Position numbers and translations under genes: made by a program. Positions 10,701-20,076 of a stretch of 64,000 nucleotides of DNA are shown here, piece by piece. Positions within the stretch are counted from its first letter, which is position 1. Each line of letters opens with the position of its first letter. The stretch spans positions 6,899-70,898 of the forward strand of contig JBFLWK010000005.1 of assembly GCA_040757695.1 (NCBI GenBank), written 5' to 3'. This stretch comes from Elusimicrobiota bacterium. Lineage in GTDB: Bacteria > Elusimicrobiota > UBA8919. The notes under the pieces were generated by a model. It was not told the DNA's origin, ran no database searches, and was given only the letters and a program-made list of their open reading frames with translations.

Positions 10701-11512
10701 GTGAAACAGAATTTCGTGAAGAAGCAGCGTGGTTTTTAATAAAACCTATTGACCAGACACCATATGTCCTATCAGATAGGGCAGTAGAAGAGTTATGGGT
10801 TTCACCACAAGGAATTTCTGCATTGCCTAAAAGTATTCGTGAAGAGATACCAAAAGAATACAGATACTGGTTATTAGAAGATGAAAAGAACCGTCGTGCA
10901 ATAAGAGATAAATTGGTTTCTGCAATAAAGACAGGAGAATTGAAAATAGATTTTGGAAAACTTACAAAAACATTACAGGATGCAAGATTTGTATTGCAAT
11001 ACCATTATTTTACTAAACGGGGACAAAAACCTGTCCGTGCAGGTGCAACTTATAGTCATTATGACCTGAGAATAGATACAGATAAACCATACTTGATGCA
11101 CTGGGTAATGGATCACAATATAATTGATGCAAACCAAACTGTTGGTTATTACAAAGAAGACAAGGATAAAAAAGTTCTTGAAGTTGGTGGCACGGAAGAT
11201 AAACCTGAATATTTCCCACCGGGTAGTTTACTTAATCCAACAAAAGATACAGCAAGTTTTGTAGTCAAATTGGATGAGGGTAAGTGTATAGTTCTGATTG
11301 ACCGCTATGATTTAAAGAAGGTTCAATTCAAAGGTAAAAAACTACGCGGGTTATGGTTACTTGAAAAAAAGAATGATAACTGGCTCATTGAACGAACTCA
11401 GGCAGCACCTGAAATAAAAGGGAAAGGTTACTTCGTCAGTGCTATACAGAAGGAGGCAGGAACAGAATTATGGACATCAAAGGAATCAATTTCCAGTACA
11501 ATTTTGACATAA
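7766..11512 (+). CDS. Multidomain 1248-aa protein: ATP-dependent DNA ligase (N-terminal), Dam-family N6-adenine DNA methyltransferase (middle), and two LigD-type 3'-phosphoesterase (PE) modules (C-terminal).
   Basis: Ligase motifs: I KYDGIR, III DCEIE, IV EGSMIKL, V VVKYKK. MTase motifs: NYLGNKRR (Dam KWAGGK-like), FDPACGCSAV (FxGxG), DPPY, C-terminal VTVRRLSYEQQSNVTG. PE copies: YVVQEHWRGSSMHNDFRYE, and FVLQYHYF…YSHYDLRID…LRGLWLLEKK. Confidence 0.75.
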   Translation: MNIKDILINFKKRLLEQLGELLFFKQEVRTTNPEIQRQAKASLKEDKIKLFRFFIPLKSAFSPFMAYRLAEKYKVSDVIAHLKEIAERRKLGTEIPAVILQKKYDGIRGQIHKSKDRVLILTDDGTNVTARLPNVVKEVLDIEHPEEFILDCEIELWENDKHLPREKIAGYLHSKDKPDDSEIVVNVFDILYCYDKEIQHKELNLNKGDLHNEAQQIRLKYLNLIQFGQSVIDEPDTKIKLNLAPADYVDNIKDLEASLQKFANSAYSEGSMIKLADSIYPLNGVTTEVVKYKKYVDAHVKIWRVNKTKVPTVFNYDFAVGFRKEDLVDPKTIVKIGDKEYSKAGRSYNTDVKCEIGDVITIRFHTINLYRNLETGKIRIHLYEPRFHELRTFQQEPDMISQIIEVGREAGLLEEKTETKDLALAPEIITDGEPDGDILKINYLGNKRRFAKLIVSKFPKNAKKVFDPACGCSAVLMEAAKQGYEVWGNDISIYPYWFSKGIFEGAKLNEEDAEKILSYKKHDGWLTTEWQGQYPEVKDFRRILDGLVLQSKEFQGAKLWSVRAVLCRFLGALFGDVPSWLCVEYARGRTPNLKVTLNNSIKEINSYIEQIGGKGKITSEDALKMRMPDTDIIYFDPPYFPKGRGPIKYFAWYKVINSLLLQKEWKPDAEELSPENLKILLEKLCKHSKYLFLSTERNSRIPWLSELKRHKNKVTVRRLSYEQQSNVTGRSTHQRQNLISGKSAILIKQQDPYLRYPPEDETYRYVVQEHWRGSSMHNDFRYEIIKNELLLGWTIDSLIKGTIKEPITTLSQAKELKFDDYSKINWDTGEFKKRKKKGAEKLVDVELACQRKSPEPFAWLEVEGVAPTGSVGATKKFPGVFRIVDKGTIEVGALKPWLAEYFPKSSRNQGGFRYRIFFRQLRTSAITGKEKFIKSIESQKIYDAIKQAFTSVDLNPEDKDWDLRIMETIKQEIKPLPVSETEFREEAAWFLIKPIDQTPYVLSDRAVEELWVSPQGISALPKSIREEIPKEYRYWLLEDEKNRRAIRDKLVSAIKTGELKIDFGKLTKTLQDARFVLQYHYFTKRGQKPVRAGATYSHYDLRIDTDKPYLMHWVMDHNIIDANQTVGYYKEDKDKKVLEVGGTEDKPEYFPPGSLLNPTKDTASFVVKLDEGKCIVLIDRYDLKKVQFKGKKLRGLWLLEKKNDNWLIERTQAAPEIKGKGYFVSAIQKEAGTELWTSKESISSTILT

Positions 11513-12999
11513 CAAAAACATATGAGGAAGAAGGTAATTGGATAGTAGAAGGACTCTGTGCAACGAGTGATTTAGATTTGCAGGGAGATATTATTACCCA
11601 GAGAGCATTAGAACTATCCGCAAAAGACCTTGAAGAATATTCTACTGTATTACATAACCACAATGAAGATGAAGCAATAGGTAAGGTTATTCGTTCGGAA
11701 TCCGTAGAAGATGGTTTATGGTTAAAAGTATTTATTTCAAAAACAGTACCTGACATCTGGCAGAAAATCAAAGAAGGAGTACTGAATAAATTCAGTATCC
11801 GAGGTAAAGTATTAGAGGCTAAAAAAACATGGATAGAGAAACTACAAAAATTTGTCAAATTTATCCTGCGGATGAAATTAGTAGAAGCGTCCATAGTAGC
11901 AGTACCAGCAAATGCTAAAGCCAGGACGTTGAGATGGTACATCGAGAAAGCACTCGATGAGTTTGAAAAAAACGGAGGTGAATTAGAAACCATGAATGAA
12001 AAAGAATTGGAAGAGTTAGCAAATAAGAATCAAACTGATCAAGTAGATTCACCCAGCCCCTATATACAGGAGCTGGGTTCACAAGAAGAAAAACAGGATG
12101 GGAATGTTCCTGAAGATGAAGAAGAGCTTATAGAAGCAGTTGATGAGCCGGATCTGGAAAATACCGATGAAACAAAAGTTGAATCCACTAAGGTAGATAA
12201 ACAGGAAAATAAAAAGTCATCTGCCGAGTCAGAAGAAATAAAAGGATTCCCTGCACCAGAAAAATTATGGCAGGAATGGTCAGAGTATTGTAAAGGCAAA
12301 TCTGCCTCAGGCACAACAGCTAATGAACTGGTTTGGGATGTATGGGTAGAGTTCTGTAAATATAAAGGATATCCATATCCTTACCCGTATCCGTATGCAA
12401 GACCATTTGTTCCTCAAGCACGACTCAGGGAATTAATATCGCTTTTGGATGAGTGGATAGAAGATGAAGAAGACCCGGATACTAAAACAATGTTAGAGGA
12501 AATCAGATCTATCTTGAGAAACCTCACAGGTGAAAGATACCCCTATCCGTATCCCTACCCGTATCCTAAACCGTCTAACAGAACGACAAAATCAGAAAAC
12601 CTATCTGAAGAGAAAATAGAAAAAATAGGTAGAAAAATTTCTGCCAAACGGTTAGCTGAACTGAAAAAATTAGCAGAGACACTTCAGAGCTTAATTGCTG
12701 AATTAACAGGTGAAACGAAGACAAACCAAGCTGAAAAACAGGAAGTAATAAAGAAAGATGAGCTCAAATCAGAGACCAAAGATGAACCCAAAGAAGATTC
12801 AAGTAAAGTCAGTAAAGATATAGAAGAAAAGTTTGTGAATACTTTTGAGAATCTGACCAAGAACCTGCTTAAACGAATTGAGAATTTAGAAAATGTAGCA
12901 GGTAAAAGTCAGGTAATCAAAGGTCAGGAAGATGAAGAAGGTGAGGCGGAAAAAGGTTCAGTCTGGAAAGGTGTTATCCGTCCACTTTATGAGAAGTAG
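11470..12999 (+). CDS. Prohead protease (HK97 / U35-like) fused to a scaffold-like acidic coiled-coil C-terminus that carries two YPYPYPYP repeat blocks.
   Basis: N-terminal domain resembles HK97 prohead protease and is followed by a Glu/Lys-rich region. Position between head accessory genes and the capsid gene. Confidence 0.75.
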   Translation: MDIKGINFQYNFDITKTYEEEGNWIVEGLCATSDLDLQGDIITQRALELSAKDLEEYSTVLHNHNEDEAIGKVIRSESVEDGLWLKVFISKTVPDIWQKIKEGVLNKFSIRGKVLEAKKTWIEKLQKFVKFILRMKLVEASIVAVPANAKARTLRWYIEKALDEFEKNGGELETMNEKELEELANKNQTDQVDSPSPYIQELGSQEEKQDGNVPEDEEELIEAVDEPDLENTDETKVESTKVDKQENKKSSAESEEIKGFPAPEKLWQEWSEYCKGKSASGTTANELVWDVWVEFCKYKGYPYPYPYPYARPFVPQARLRELISLLDEWIEDEEDPDTKTMLEEIRSILRNLTGERYPYPYPYPYPKPSNRTTKSENLSEEKIEKIGRKISAKRLAELKKLAETLQSLIAELTGETKTNQAEKQEVIKKDELKSETKDEPKEDSSKVSKDIEEKFVNTFENLTKNLLKRIENLENVAGKSQVIKGQEDEEGEAEKGSVWKGVIRPLYEK

Positions 13000-13031
13000 A
13001 AAAAAACACAATACAGGAGGTGTTAAAACAA

Positions 13032-14324
13032 ATGAGTAGAAACGATGAATTAATAAGGAAAACAGTTGAATCGTCTGATTTCCTGAATGGTGGGTTATTA
13101 AACCCGGAACAGCAAACTGAGTTTATTAAACTTGTCCGACAGTATTCTAAAATGATTCCATTAGTAAGACAGGAGCATTTAACTGTACCTAAAAAGGATA
13201 TTGATAAACTGCATATTGGTGAACCGGTTACTCGTAAAGCAGAAGAGAATGTTGCCACAGGACCAACAGGTAAACCTGTTTTTAACCAGATAAAGATAGA
13301 GACTGAAAAGGTAAAATCCGAATGGCACATAACAACAGAAGCACTGGATGAAAATATTGCCAGAGAAAAATTAGAACAACAGGTTATGGAAGCAATGATG
13401 CAGCAGATTTCTACTGACTTAGAGAATTTGGCTATAAATGGTAATGTGAACTTAACCGATGACGGGACACCTATAAGTGCATTACTTCGTGCAAATGATG
13501 GCTGGGACAAATTAACTGATGATGCCCATATTGTTGATGTTGAAGGGAACTATATTTCAAAACGAGTCTTTGCTGCGATGCTGCGCCAGATGCCAAACCA
13601 GTATCGTAACGACCCCACTCTGAAATGGTTTCTATCTAAAGGTGTGCATGTAGACTGGATGGATTTGAATGCTGACAGAGCATCAGCAACAGGTGATGAA
13701 TCGCTTGCCGGTAAAGCACCTGCTCCTTTCGGTATTCCAATAGTTGAGGTGCCTTTGATTCCAGATGATAAAGATCTTAAAGTTGGTACCGCTACCCGTG
13801 CATATCACTTAGGTAAAAGAACAGGTCCGTTCCAGATTCGTAAAGGTGTGAATGATATCCTCAACATTGAAGTGGATAATACCGGTCCAGTGAGAGTTGA
13901 ACTTCCACAGGGTACTTTTGAAGCATTCCAGATTGCCGGGCTTATAAATGGTAGTGACGCTAAACTAACCGGTGTAGCAAGTGACGACGGTGAAGGTAAA
14001 GTATTCTTACAGAGTCCAACCACCGGTGCAACTTCAGAGATTGATATTAAAGATGGCACAGTAAATACTACTCTGGGATTCACTGTAGGAGTATATGTTG
14101 GTGGTGCAGAAGGTGGAGCAAATACAGTTAAAGAAGGTTCTTTTATCTGGTTATCTAATCCAAAGAATTTTGTCTGGGCAATATACAGAGGTACAAGGGT
14201 ATATTCCAAATTTGTCCAGGAAAATGACCGTATAGAGACAGTTGTTTATAACCGTGTTGATGGACAGATAGAGAATAAGAATGCTTTGGTGAAAGCTGTT
14301 AATATTCGTGTAAGAACATTCTAG
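13032..14324 (+). CDS. Major capsid protein (HK97 fold).
   Basis: ~430 aa, directly after the protease/scaffold gene. AGGAGG RBS 11 nt before the ATG at 13032. The track's 13020 start is an upstream GTG. Confidence 0.8.
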   Translation: MSRNDELIRKTVESSDFLNGGLLNPEQQTEFIKLVRQYSKMIPLVRQEHLTVPKKDIDKLHIGEPVTRKAEENVATGPTGKPVFNQIKIETEKVKSEWHITTEALDENIAREKLEQQVMEAMMQQISTDLENLAINGNVNLTDDGTPISALLRANDGWDKLTDDAHIVDVEGNYISKRVFAAMLRQMPNQYRNDPTLKWFLSKGVHVDWMDLNADRASATGDESLAGKAPAPFGIPIVEVPLIPDDKDLKVGTATRAYHLGKRTGPFQIRKGVNDILNIEVDNTGPVRVELPQGTFEAFQIAGLINGSDAKLTGVASDDGEGKVFLQSPTTGATSEIDIKDGTVNTTLGFTVGVYVGGAEGGANTVKEGSFIWLSNPKNFVWAIYRGTRVYSKFVQENDRIETVVYNRVDGQIENKNALVKAVNIRVRTF

Positions 14325-14326
14325 TC

Positions 14327-14387
14327 ACTTTCTTTTCGTAGTGAAAAGAAAGTCGTTAGCAACGACAGGCAGGTAACCAAAGAAAAA
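14327..14387 (+). promoter_or_regulatory. Copy C: hairpin (actttcttttc / gaaaagaaagt) plus a second small hairpin, then the CCAAAGAAAAAC box. Post-capsid.
   Basis: Inverted repeat 14327-14353, gtcgtt / aacgac at 14352-14366, box at 14377-14387. Confidence 0.5.
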
Positions 14388-14425
14388 CTATTTTTATTAA
14401 GTCCGTTGAGGAGGTGCTATGTCAT

Positions 14426-14626
14426 ATGGCTGAGATACGAGTGAAATCTAATTTCGGTGAAGCTGGTGCCGGTATTTACTGTCCTGGAGAAGTTGGTTTG
14501 AAAGAGATACTACAAGCAATTGTAGAAAACCAGCAAAAAATATATCAGGCAGTAAATGAATTAAATACCAAAGCCAAATTAGAGATTACTTTACCTGAGT
14601 TAGATAAAATCATATTTGAAAAATGA
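14426..14626 (+). CDS. Small hypothetical protein (head-associated).
   Basis: ATG at 14426 with GAGGAGG 14 nt upstream. Confidence 0.45.
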   Translation: MAEIRVKSNFGEAGAGIYCPGEVGLKEILQAIVENQQKIYQAVNELNTKAKLEITLPELDKIIFEK

Positions 14627-14628
14627 TC

Positions 14629-14655
14629 CCGATTGAAACATCGGGACAAAGAAAA
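14629..14655 (+). promoter_or_regulatory. Copy D: hairpin cccgattgaaacatcggg plus the ACAAAGAAAAA box.
   Basis: Perfect 6-bp stem. Same box as copies A, B, C and E. Confidence 0.5.
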
Positions 14656-14678
14656 ACTATCTATTGAGGAGGTCTATC

Positions 14679-14981
14679 ATGGCTCAAGCAGTTGCTTATT
14701 TTAAGTCTAAGAAAGCCTTATCTTATCAACGTCAAGGCAGTTTAGGTCAGGTTTATCTTTTTAAACTTAACGAACCAGTAGCAGTCAGATTAGAACAGGA
14801 TATAAGTTTATTCCGTAGCGATACTAACCTAATTGAGACGACATCTACTGGTGAACCTATAACCACAGAGACTGATAGTGAACAGATACAACCTCTGAGT
14901 CATGCATCAGTACGGGTTATTATGGATAAAGGAAAAGATAAATCAATAAAAGAGAATTCAAAAAAGAAATCTAAAAAATGA
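14679..14981 (+). CDS. Hypothetical protein (possible head completion / decoration).
   Basis: ATG at 14679 preceded by GAGGAGG. The track start 14664 is an upstream TTG. Confidence 0.45.
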   Translation: MAQAVAYFKSKKALSYQRQGSLGQVYLFKLNEPVAVRLEQDISLFRSDTNLIETTSTGEPITTETDSEQIQPLSHASVRVIMDKGKDKSIKENSKKKSKK

Positions 14982-15024
14982 ACCCCTCAACTTTGTTCAG
15001 GGTTCATACTGAGGATATTGAAGT

Positions 15025-15858
15025 ATGAAATTTCCTTTTGAATATACAACTATTTCCAGACTTCGGAATGAAGGAATAAGTGTTCAAGAACTTGATGATC
15101 AGCGAGCCAGGGACATAATTGAACTTATGTCTCTGTACATTAACAGCCTTACTGACCAGTGGTTTACGCCTGTAGAAGATACTGTAAGTTTAGATGGAAA
15201 CAATACATCAAGTATCTTTTTAAGAAACCTAATTCCGATAATAAAAGTTAAACGGCTCTGTGTTTCTGATGAAGTAATTGAGCCGGAGAAATATCAAATA
15301 GATTGGCGTAGAATAAGATTGTTAGAAGGACATTTTCCGGAAGGAAGATTGAACATAGAAATAGAAGGAGTATTCGGCTGGTTAGAGAATCAAAAAGAGC
15401 AATCCGCTTTATTACAGAGTGAAATAATAACAGGATCCGTAGAAGCAATATTAGATTCTGTTGAAGGATTTAATGTTCGTGATATCGTAGATTTTATTGA
15501 TACTAAAAATCACGGCATAAGAATCATTATAAATGAGATTGATGTACAATCAAGAAAACTTAAATTTGATTCTGTTAGAGTAACTCTAAAAATTGAACCA
15601 GGAGCAAAAGTAATCTCTTACGGTACTGTACCAAAATTGATTGAAAGAGCTTGTATGTTACTTGTGATAAACAACAAAGAGAAAATTAACTCTGCTGAAT
15701 GGTCTGAAAAAAAGTTTTCCGGTCTCTTAAAACGAGAAACTGTTGATAATTACTCCTGGGAAATATTTCAGGAGGCAGCTGGGATGATTACCAGCGATCC
15801 TCTTACTGATGAAATTCTTGGTAATTATTGTCCACCACCAACTGTTGAGTTTATATGA
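15025..15858 (+). CDS. Putative head-tail connector / head completion protein.
   Basis: Position between capsid and tail genes. Translationally coupled to the next ORFs. Confidence 0.35.
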   Translation: MKFPFEYTTISRLRNEGISVQELDDQRARDIIELMSLYINSLTDQWFTPVEDTVSLDGNNTSSIFLRNLIPIIKVKRLCVSDEVIEPEKYQIDWRRIRLLEGHFPEGRLNIEIEGVFGWLENQKEQSALLQSEIITGSVEAILDSVEGFNVRDIVDFIDTKNHGIRIIINEIDVQSRKLKFDSVRVTLKIEPGAKVISYGTVPKLIERACMLLVINNKEKINSAEWSEKKFSGLLKRETVDNYSWEIFQEAAGMITSDPLTDEILGNYCPPPTVEFI

Positions 15859-16289
15859 TACCTCAGAGGATGAATTTAGTAAAAGTGAAATTATTACTTT
15901 TAGCACGCAAAGGAAGAGAAGTCAGTACCAATATCCAAACACCAGTTTTAGATAAAGATTTTTCCGAACCTAAAGGTGCTAAAGTGTACGGTTCAAATCA
16001 GGGCAGAAATATACCTTTAGAAGCATCAGCGCAGGTAGATTACCGAAGGACAGAACAGCGGACAAGGACATCAACAGGAGAAGTTCCTGAATCAAATGGT
16101 CATCTGGTTTTTAAGTCAGACACTTTTGATAGTTTATCTGACAAACCCAAACGAGGTGACAGGATAGTAGAGATAGCGGGAAGACCTGTGGACTATAAAA
16201 TTATTGAAATTAGACCTCAAGCACATTTGCGAGGTATAGCACATTTAGTTTTTGTTTATTTTCAACATACACAGGAAGGACTGACATGA
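15855..16289 (+). CDS. Putative head-tail joining protein.
   Basis: Overlapping start/stop with neighbours, in the late operon. Confidence 0.35.
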   Translation: MIPQRMNLVKVKLLLLARKGREVSTNIQTPVLDKDFSEPKGAKVYGSNQGRNIPLEASAQVDYRRTEQRTRTSTGEVPESNGHLVFKSDTFDSLSDKPKRGDRIVEIAGRPVDYKIIEIRPQAHLRGIAHLVFVYFQHTQEGLT

Positions 16290-16786
16290 CTTGGAAATAT
16301 GGTGATTGGAATAGATTAAAGAATTTCCTTAACAGAAACAAAATTCAGAATACGGCAATACAAGAATTTTCTAATGCAATAAGAAGGGGTGCATTATTGG
16401 TCTTGAGAAATATCAGGATGGGTATTGTCCGTCAGCGGTCAGAATGGCCACCGTTGAGTGAGATTACTCTACGCAAGAAAGCACCTAAGACAAAGAAACT
16501 GATTGATACAGGTGAGATGATCAGGTCAATAATAGCAATATTTCCAACTAAATTAACTGCTGAGGTAGGTATTCCTAAAGGCAAACAAGCGGGTAATGGA
16601 AAAACAACTCAGATTCATGTTTATGCTACCACACAAGAAAAAGGTGCAATAATTCGTCAGAATGGCAGAACAGTAGTAATTCCCAAACGACCATTTATTG
16701 AACCCGGCTTTGAAGAATCAGTTCCTACTCTTGCGGAATTTAATTATCAGGCAGCAAAAAATATGATGGATAAACTGATACGATAG
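16286..16786 (+). CDS. Putative tail completion / neck protein.
   Basis: Coupled ORF in the late operon. Confidence 0.35.
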   Translation: MTWKYGDWNRLKNFLNRNKIQNTAIQEFSNAIRRGALLVLRNIRMGIVRQRSEWPPLSEITLRKKAPKTKKLIDTGEMIRSIIAIFPTKLTAEVGIPKGKQAGNGKTTQIHVYATTQEKGAIIRQNGRTVVIPKRPFIEPGFEESVPTLAEFNYQAAKNMMDKLIR

Positions 16787-16828
16787 TTTCATCCTGAATG
16801 AAATGAAGGATCTCAAAGGATATTAAAA

Positions 16829-18064
16829 ATGCCAACAAAAGAGATTATGTTTTTAGATAAAAAACAATTTGAATTTGATGATGTGAAAATTGCTTTTGTT
16901 CCTCCGATAATAAAGTTAAAAAGAACAGATGGAAATGGAAGGTTTGCATGGGATGGCAAATTTCAAGGACCTGCTGAAATTATTTGTCCGAATTTTCAAG
17001 CAGGTGGTTTAACTGAGTTGTTTGCTTTTGAAGAATATTGCGAATATAACGGTGGAAATATAATGTATCAGTTATCCAATGACAATGGTAAAAAATGGTT
17101 TTATTGGAACGGAGCAAGTTGGATAGAAACTGTATTGGATTTTAATACAGCAGAAGAAATAGACAAAAATATTTCTTCTTTTCCTTTGACTGCAGAAAGA
17201 CAGATTAAACTAAAAATGAAACTTTCTCCATCAACAGATTTCCTGAATTCACCTGAACTAAAAATAATTGCACTGCATTACGAATTAGACTATGACTGGT
17301 TTGAAGATATAAAACGCACATTAAAACATTATTTAGAAAACAATTTCAGTCCAAAACTTACCAGTGCAATGGTCATTCCAATAGATACTGCTTTAATAGT
17401 TTTAAATACAAATTTTCAAGTGAGAGATATAACAGGTGTGTATAACCTTACCGCGGATCCTAACAGGTTGGTCAATATATTCAGTTCATTAGAGCAAATA
17501 GAAACTGGTAAAGACCAGAATGGAGAACCAATAATTGAGAACCGTATAAACTTGAGTTCAATACAATCTGCTAACAGCATCATTGAAGTTTGTTACAGAG
17601 GTACAGTTCCTGTATTTCTATCAGCGGATGAAGATTTTCAGGTAGCGAGGTTACCTTCAATATTAGTGGAGGTACCGTCTGTAACCGAGAACTTAAGTTT
17701 ACGCAATTTTGATAGAAAAACAGAACGCAGTCAAACAAATTTCATAGCACGGACAAGACAGCAGCCGGTATGGTATGATGCACAGATAATAATCTCCTGT
17801 ATATCAGAATCTGAGTTAGAAAGTCTGAAAATGGTCCAGGAGTTACAAAGAATATTCAACATAAAAGATATGAAACTTGTATCAGAAGCAAGTGGTGAAG
17901 AACTTGAAGTTTATGACCTATCACCATTTACTGATTCTGATAGACCGACTATTGGCTTATCGGTTAAACAAATAAATTTTATTCTCTGTGGAAGATACTG
18001 GCTTGGTAAGTATGAAGAAAAAGAACTTGCACAGGAATTAGAACTAAATGTTCAGCAGATTTAA
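16829..18064 (+). CDS. Hypothetical structural protein upstream of the sheath.
   Basis: 411-aa ORF with an RBS, in the late operon. Confidence 0.35.
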   Translation: MPTKEIMFLDKKQFEFDDVKIAFVPPIIKLKRTDGNGRFAWDGKFQGPAEIICPNFQAGGLTELFAFEEYCEYNGGNIMYQLSNDNGKKWFYWNGASWIETVLDFNTAEEIDKNISSFPLTAERQIKLKMKLSPSTDFLNSPELKIIALHYELDYDWFEDIKRTLKHYLENNFSPKLTSAMVIPIDTALIVLNTNFQVRDITGVYNLTADPNRLVNIFSSLEQIETGKDQNGEPIIENRINLSSIQSANSIIEVCYRGTVPVFLSADEDFQVARLPSILVEVPSVTENLSLRNFDRKTERSQTNFIARTRQQPVWYDAQIIISCISESELESLKMVQELQRIFNIKDMKLVSEASGEELEVYDLSPFTDSDRPTIGLSVKQINFILCGRYWLGKYEEKELAQELELNVQQI

Positions 18065-18091
18065 AGGAATTCAAAAGGAGGCGAGTAAACT

Positions 18092-20047
18092 ATGGTAGAA
18101 ACATTACATCCGGGTGTATATGTAATAGAAAAATTTGAAGTACCACCTGCATTTGAAGGTGTAGGAGTTTCAACAGGTGGTTTTATAGGAGTAGCAAAGA
18201 AAGGTCCAACACAATCGGCAGGGTTTGTTTCAAGTTTTACAGAGTTTGTCAGAAAATATGGTGGCTTCTATAAAGGTAATTACCTTGCATATGCAGTAAG
18301 AGCATTTTTTGATAATGGTGGCACGCGATGTTTTATTGCCAGAGTAGCAGGCCAGGGTGCAGCACAGTCATTTCATATTTTAAATGACTACGCTGGAAAA
18401 AACACCTTAAGAATAACAGCAGCAAATGCTGGTGACTGGGGTAATAGAATATCAGTTGATACTTTGAAAGTAGAAACTACTACAGAGGGAGAATTAGCAG
18501 GAGGTGCAACCTCAGTAGTTTTATCTTCAGTACGTGGTATAGAAGTTGGTGATTTACTTGATATTACTGACGGAGCAAATTCAGTTCAAGTTTATGTAGT
18601 TTCTGTTAACACTTCAACAAGAACAATTACTTTCCGTGCAGTAGATTTAGTCACACCTATATCAGCCGGTGCAAAAATGAGAACATCAACTACTCATAAG
18701 GCAAATACTTCTTTAGTAAAAGAATTACTCAATGGAGCAAAACAAGCAGAACTCAGGTCTTCAAAAAATATCCGTATCGGTTCGGTCCTCTATATTGATG
18801 ATGGCACAACAGGAACAAGTGTTTTAGTTAAAGGTATTTCCGGGAATACAGTATTTTTTGACCCTGTAAATATACCTGCAACAATTAATCAGAATGCTAT
18901 TGTTGTAAGTCAGGAATTCAACATCAAAGTATATGATGAAGGTATATTAGTAGAAACACACGAATTCCTTTCTTTAGAACCGAGCAATGAAACTGACTAT
19001 GTAGAAAAACGACTTGCAGGTAGAGGTAATCTATCTGAATTTGTCATTGCTACTGATGAAAAAAGCACAACAGGTGAATTACCTAAAAAGATTCCTTCTC
19101 CAGTCTTACAGGTATATCTGAGAGATGGATTGGATGGTTCAGCACCTACTGATGATGAGTATATCGGTAAGCAGAGTGAACCTAAATCAGGGATTTACTT
19201 ATTTGATGGAATAAAAGAAGTCAATATGATTTCAACTCCAGGAGTGACTTCTCTAACAGTTCAGACAAACGGAATTACTTATTGTGAGAACAGAAAAAAC
19301 TGTATGTATATCACTGAAACACCACTTGAAGTAGATACAGTTCTTGAAGCAGAAGAATACCGAAGCCGAATACTAAATATTGACTCAAGTTATGCTGCAC
19401 TTTACTGGCCATGGATTGTTATCAACGATCCTACTTCAGATAATGTCCAATTGAATATTCCTCCAAGTGGTGCTGTCCAGGGAATATATGCTGATGTTGC
19501 AATCCGCAGAGGTGTTCATAAAGCACCTGCTAATGAAAGAATCAGAGGTGCATTAGGATTAATAACTGATGGTAAGAACATTGATTATGATGCAGCACAG
19601 GATATACTCAACCCGATAGGTGTAAATGTCATCAGACCTTTTTCTGGCAGAGGAATACGAGTCTTCGGCGAACGGACATTATGGACAGTTAAAGATGGCA
19701 GACACTATGTCCATACCCGCAGGACGCTTATATTTATTGAAGAGACAATCAAAGATAATTCTTTATTTATCAATTTTGAACCTAATGATGAAGACTTATG
19801 GCGAAATATTGAAATATCTGTTTCAGCATTCTTGACTGATGTTTGGCGCTCAGGTGCATTGCAACCAAGGGATGATAAATCAAGAGCATTTTTCGTCAAA
19901 TGCGATGCTGAAAGCAATCCATCCTCATCAGTCAGGTTAGGCAAAGTTATCTGCCAGGTAGGAGTCAATATAACAGGAACTGCTGAGTTTGTAATCTTTT
20001 ATGTTACTGGTTTTGATGGTGGCAGATTAGTAGAAGAACTTGGCTAA
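18092..20047 (+). CDS. Contractile tail sheath protein.
   Basis: Begins with the LHPGVYVIEKF motif that is characteristic of sheath proteins. 651 aa, followed by the tube gene. Confidence 0.85.
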   Translation: MVETLHPGVYVIEKFEVPPAFEGVGVSTGGFIGVAKKGPTQSAGFVSSFTEFVRKYGGFYKGNYLAYAVRAFFDNGGTRCFIARVAGQGAAQSFHILNDYAGKNTLRITAANAGDWGNRISVDTLKVETTTEGELAGGATSVVLSSVRGIEVGDLLDITDGANSVQVYVVSVNTSTRTITFRAVDLVTPISAGAKMRTSTTHKANTSLVKELLNGAKQAELRSSKNIRIGSVLYIDDGTTGTSVLVKGISGNTVFFDPVNIPATINQNAIVVSQEFNIKVYDEGILVETHEFLSLEPSNETDYVEKRLAGRGNLSEFVIATDEKSTTGELPKKIPSPVLQVYLRDGLDGSAPTDDEYIGKQSEPKSGIYLFDGIKEVNMISTPGVTSLTVQTNGITYCENRKNCMYITETPLEVDTVLEAEEYRSRILNIDSSYAALYWPWIVINDPTSDNVQLNIPPSGAVQGIYADVAIRRGVHKAPANERIRGALGLITDGKNIDYDAAQDILNPIGVNVIRPFSGRGIRVFGERTLWTVKDGRHYVHTRRTLIFIEETIKDNSLFINFEPNDEDLWRNIEISVSAFLTDVWRSGALQPRDDKSRAFFVKCDAESNPSSSVRLGKVICQVGVNITGTAEFVIFYVTGFDGGRLVEELG

Positions 20048-20076
20048 AACATAAATTCCATAGGAGGTGGTTTAAA

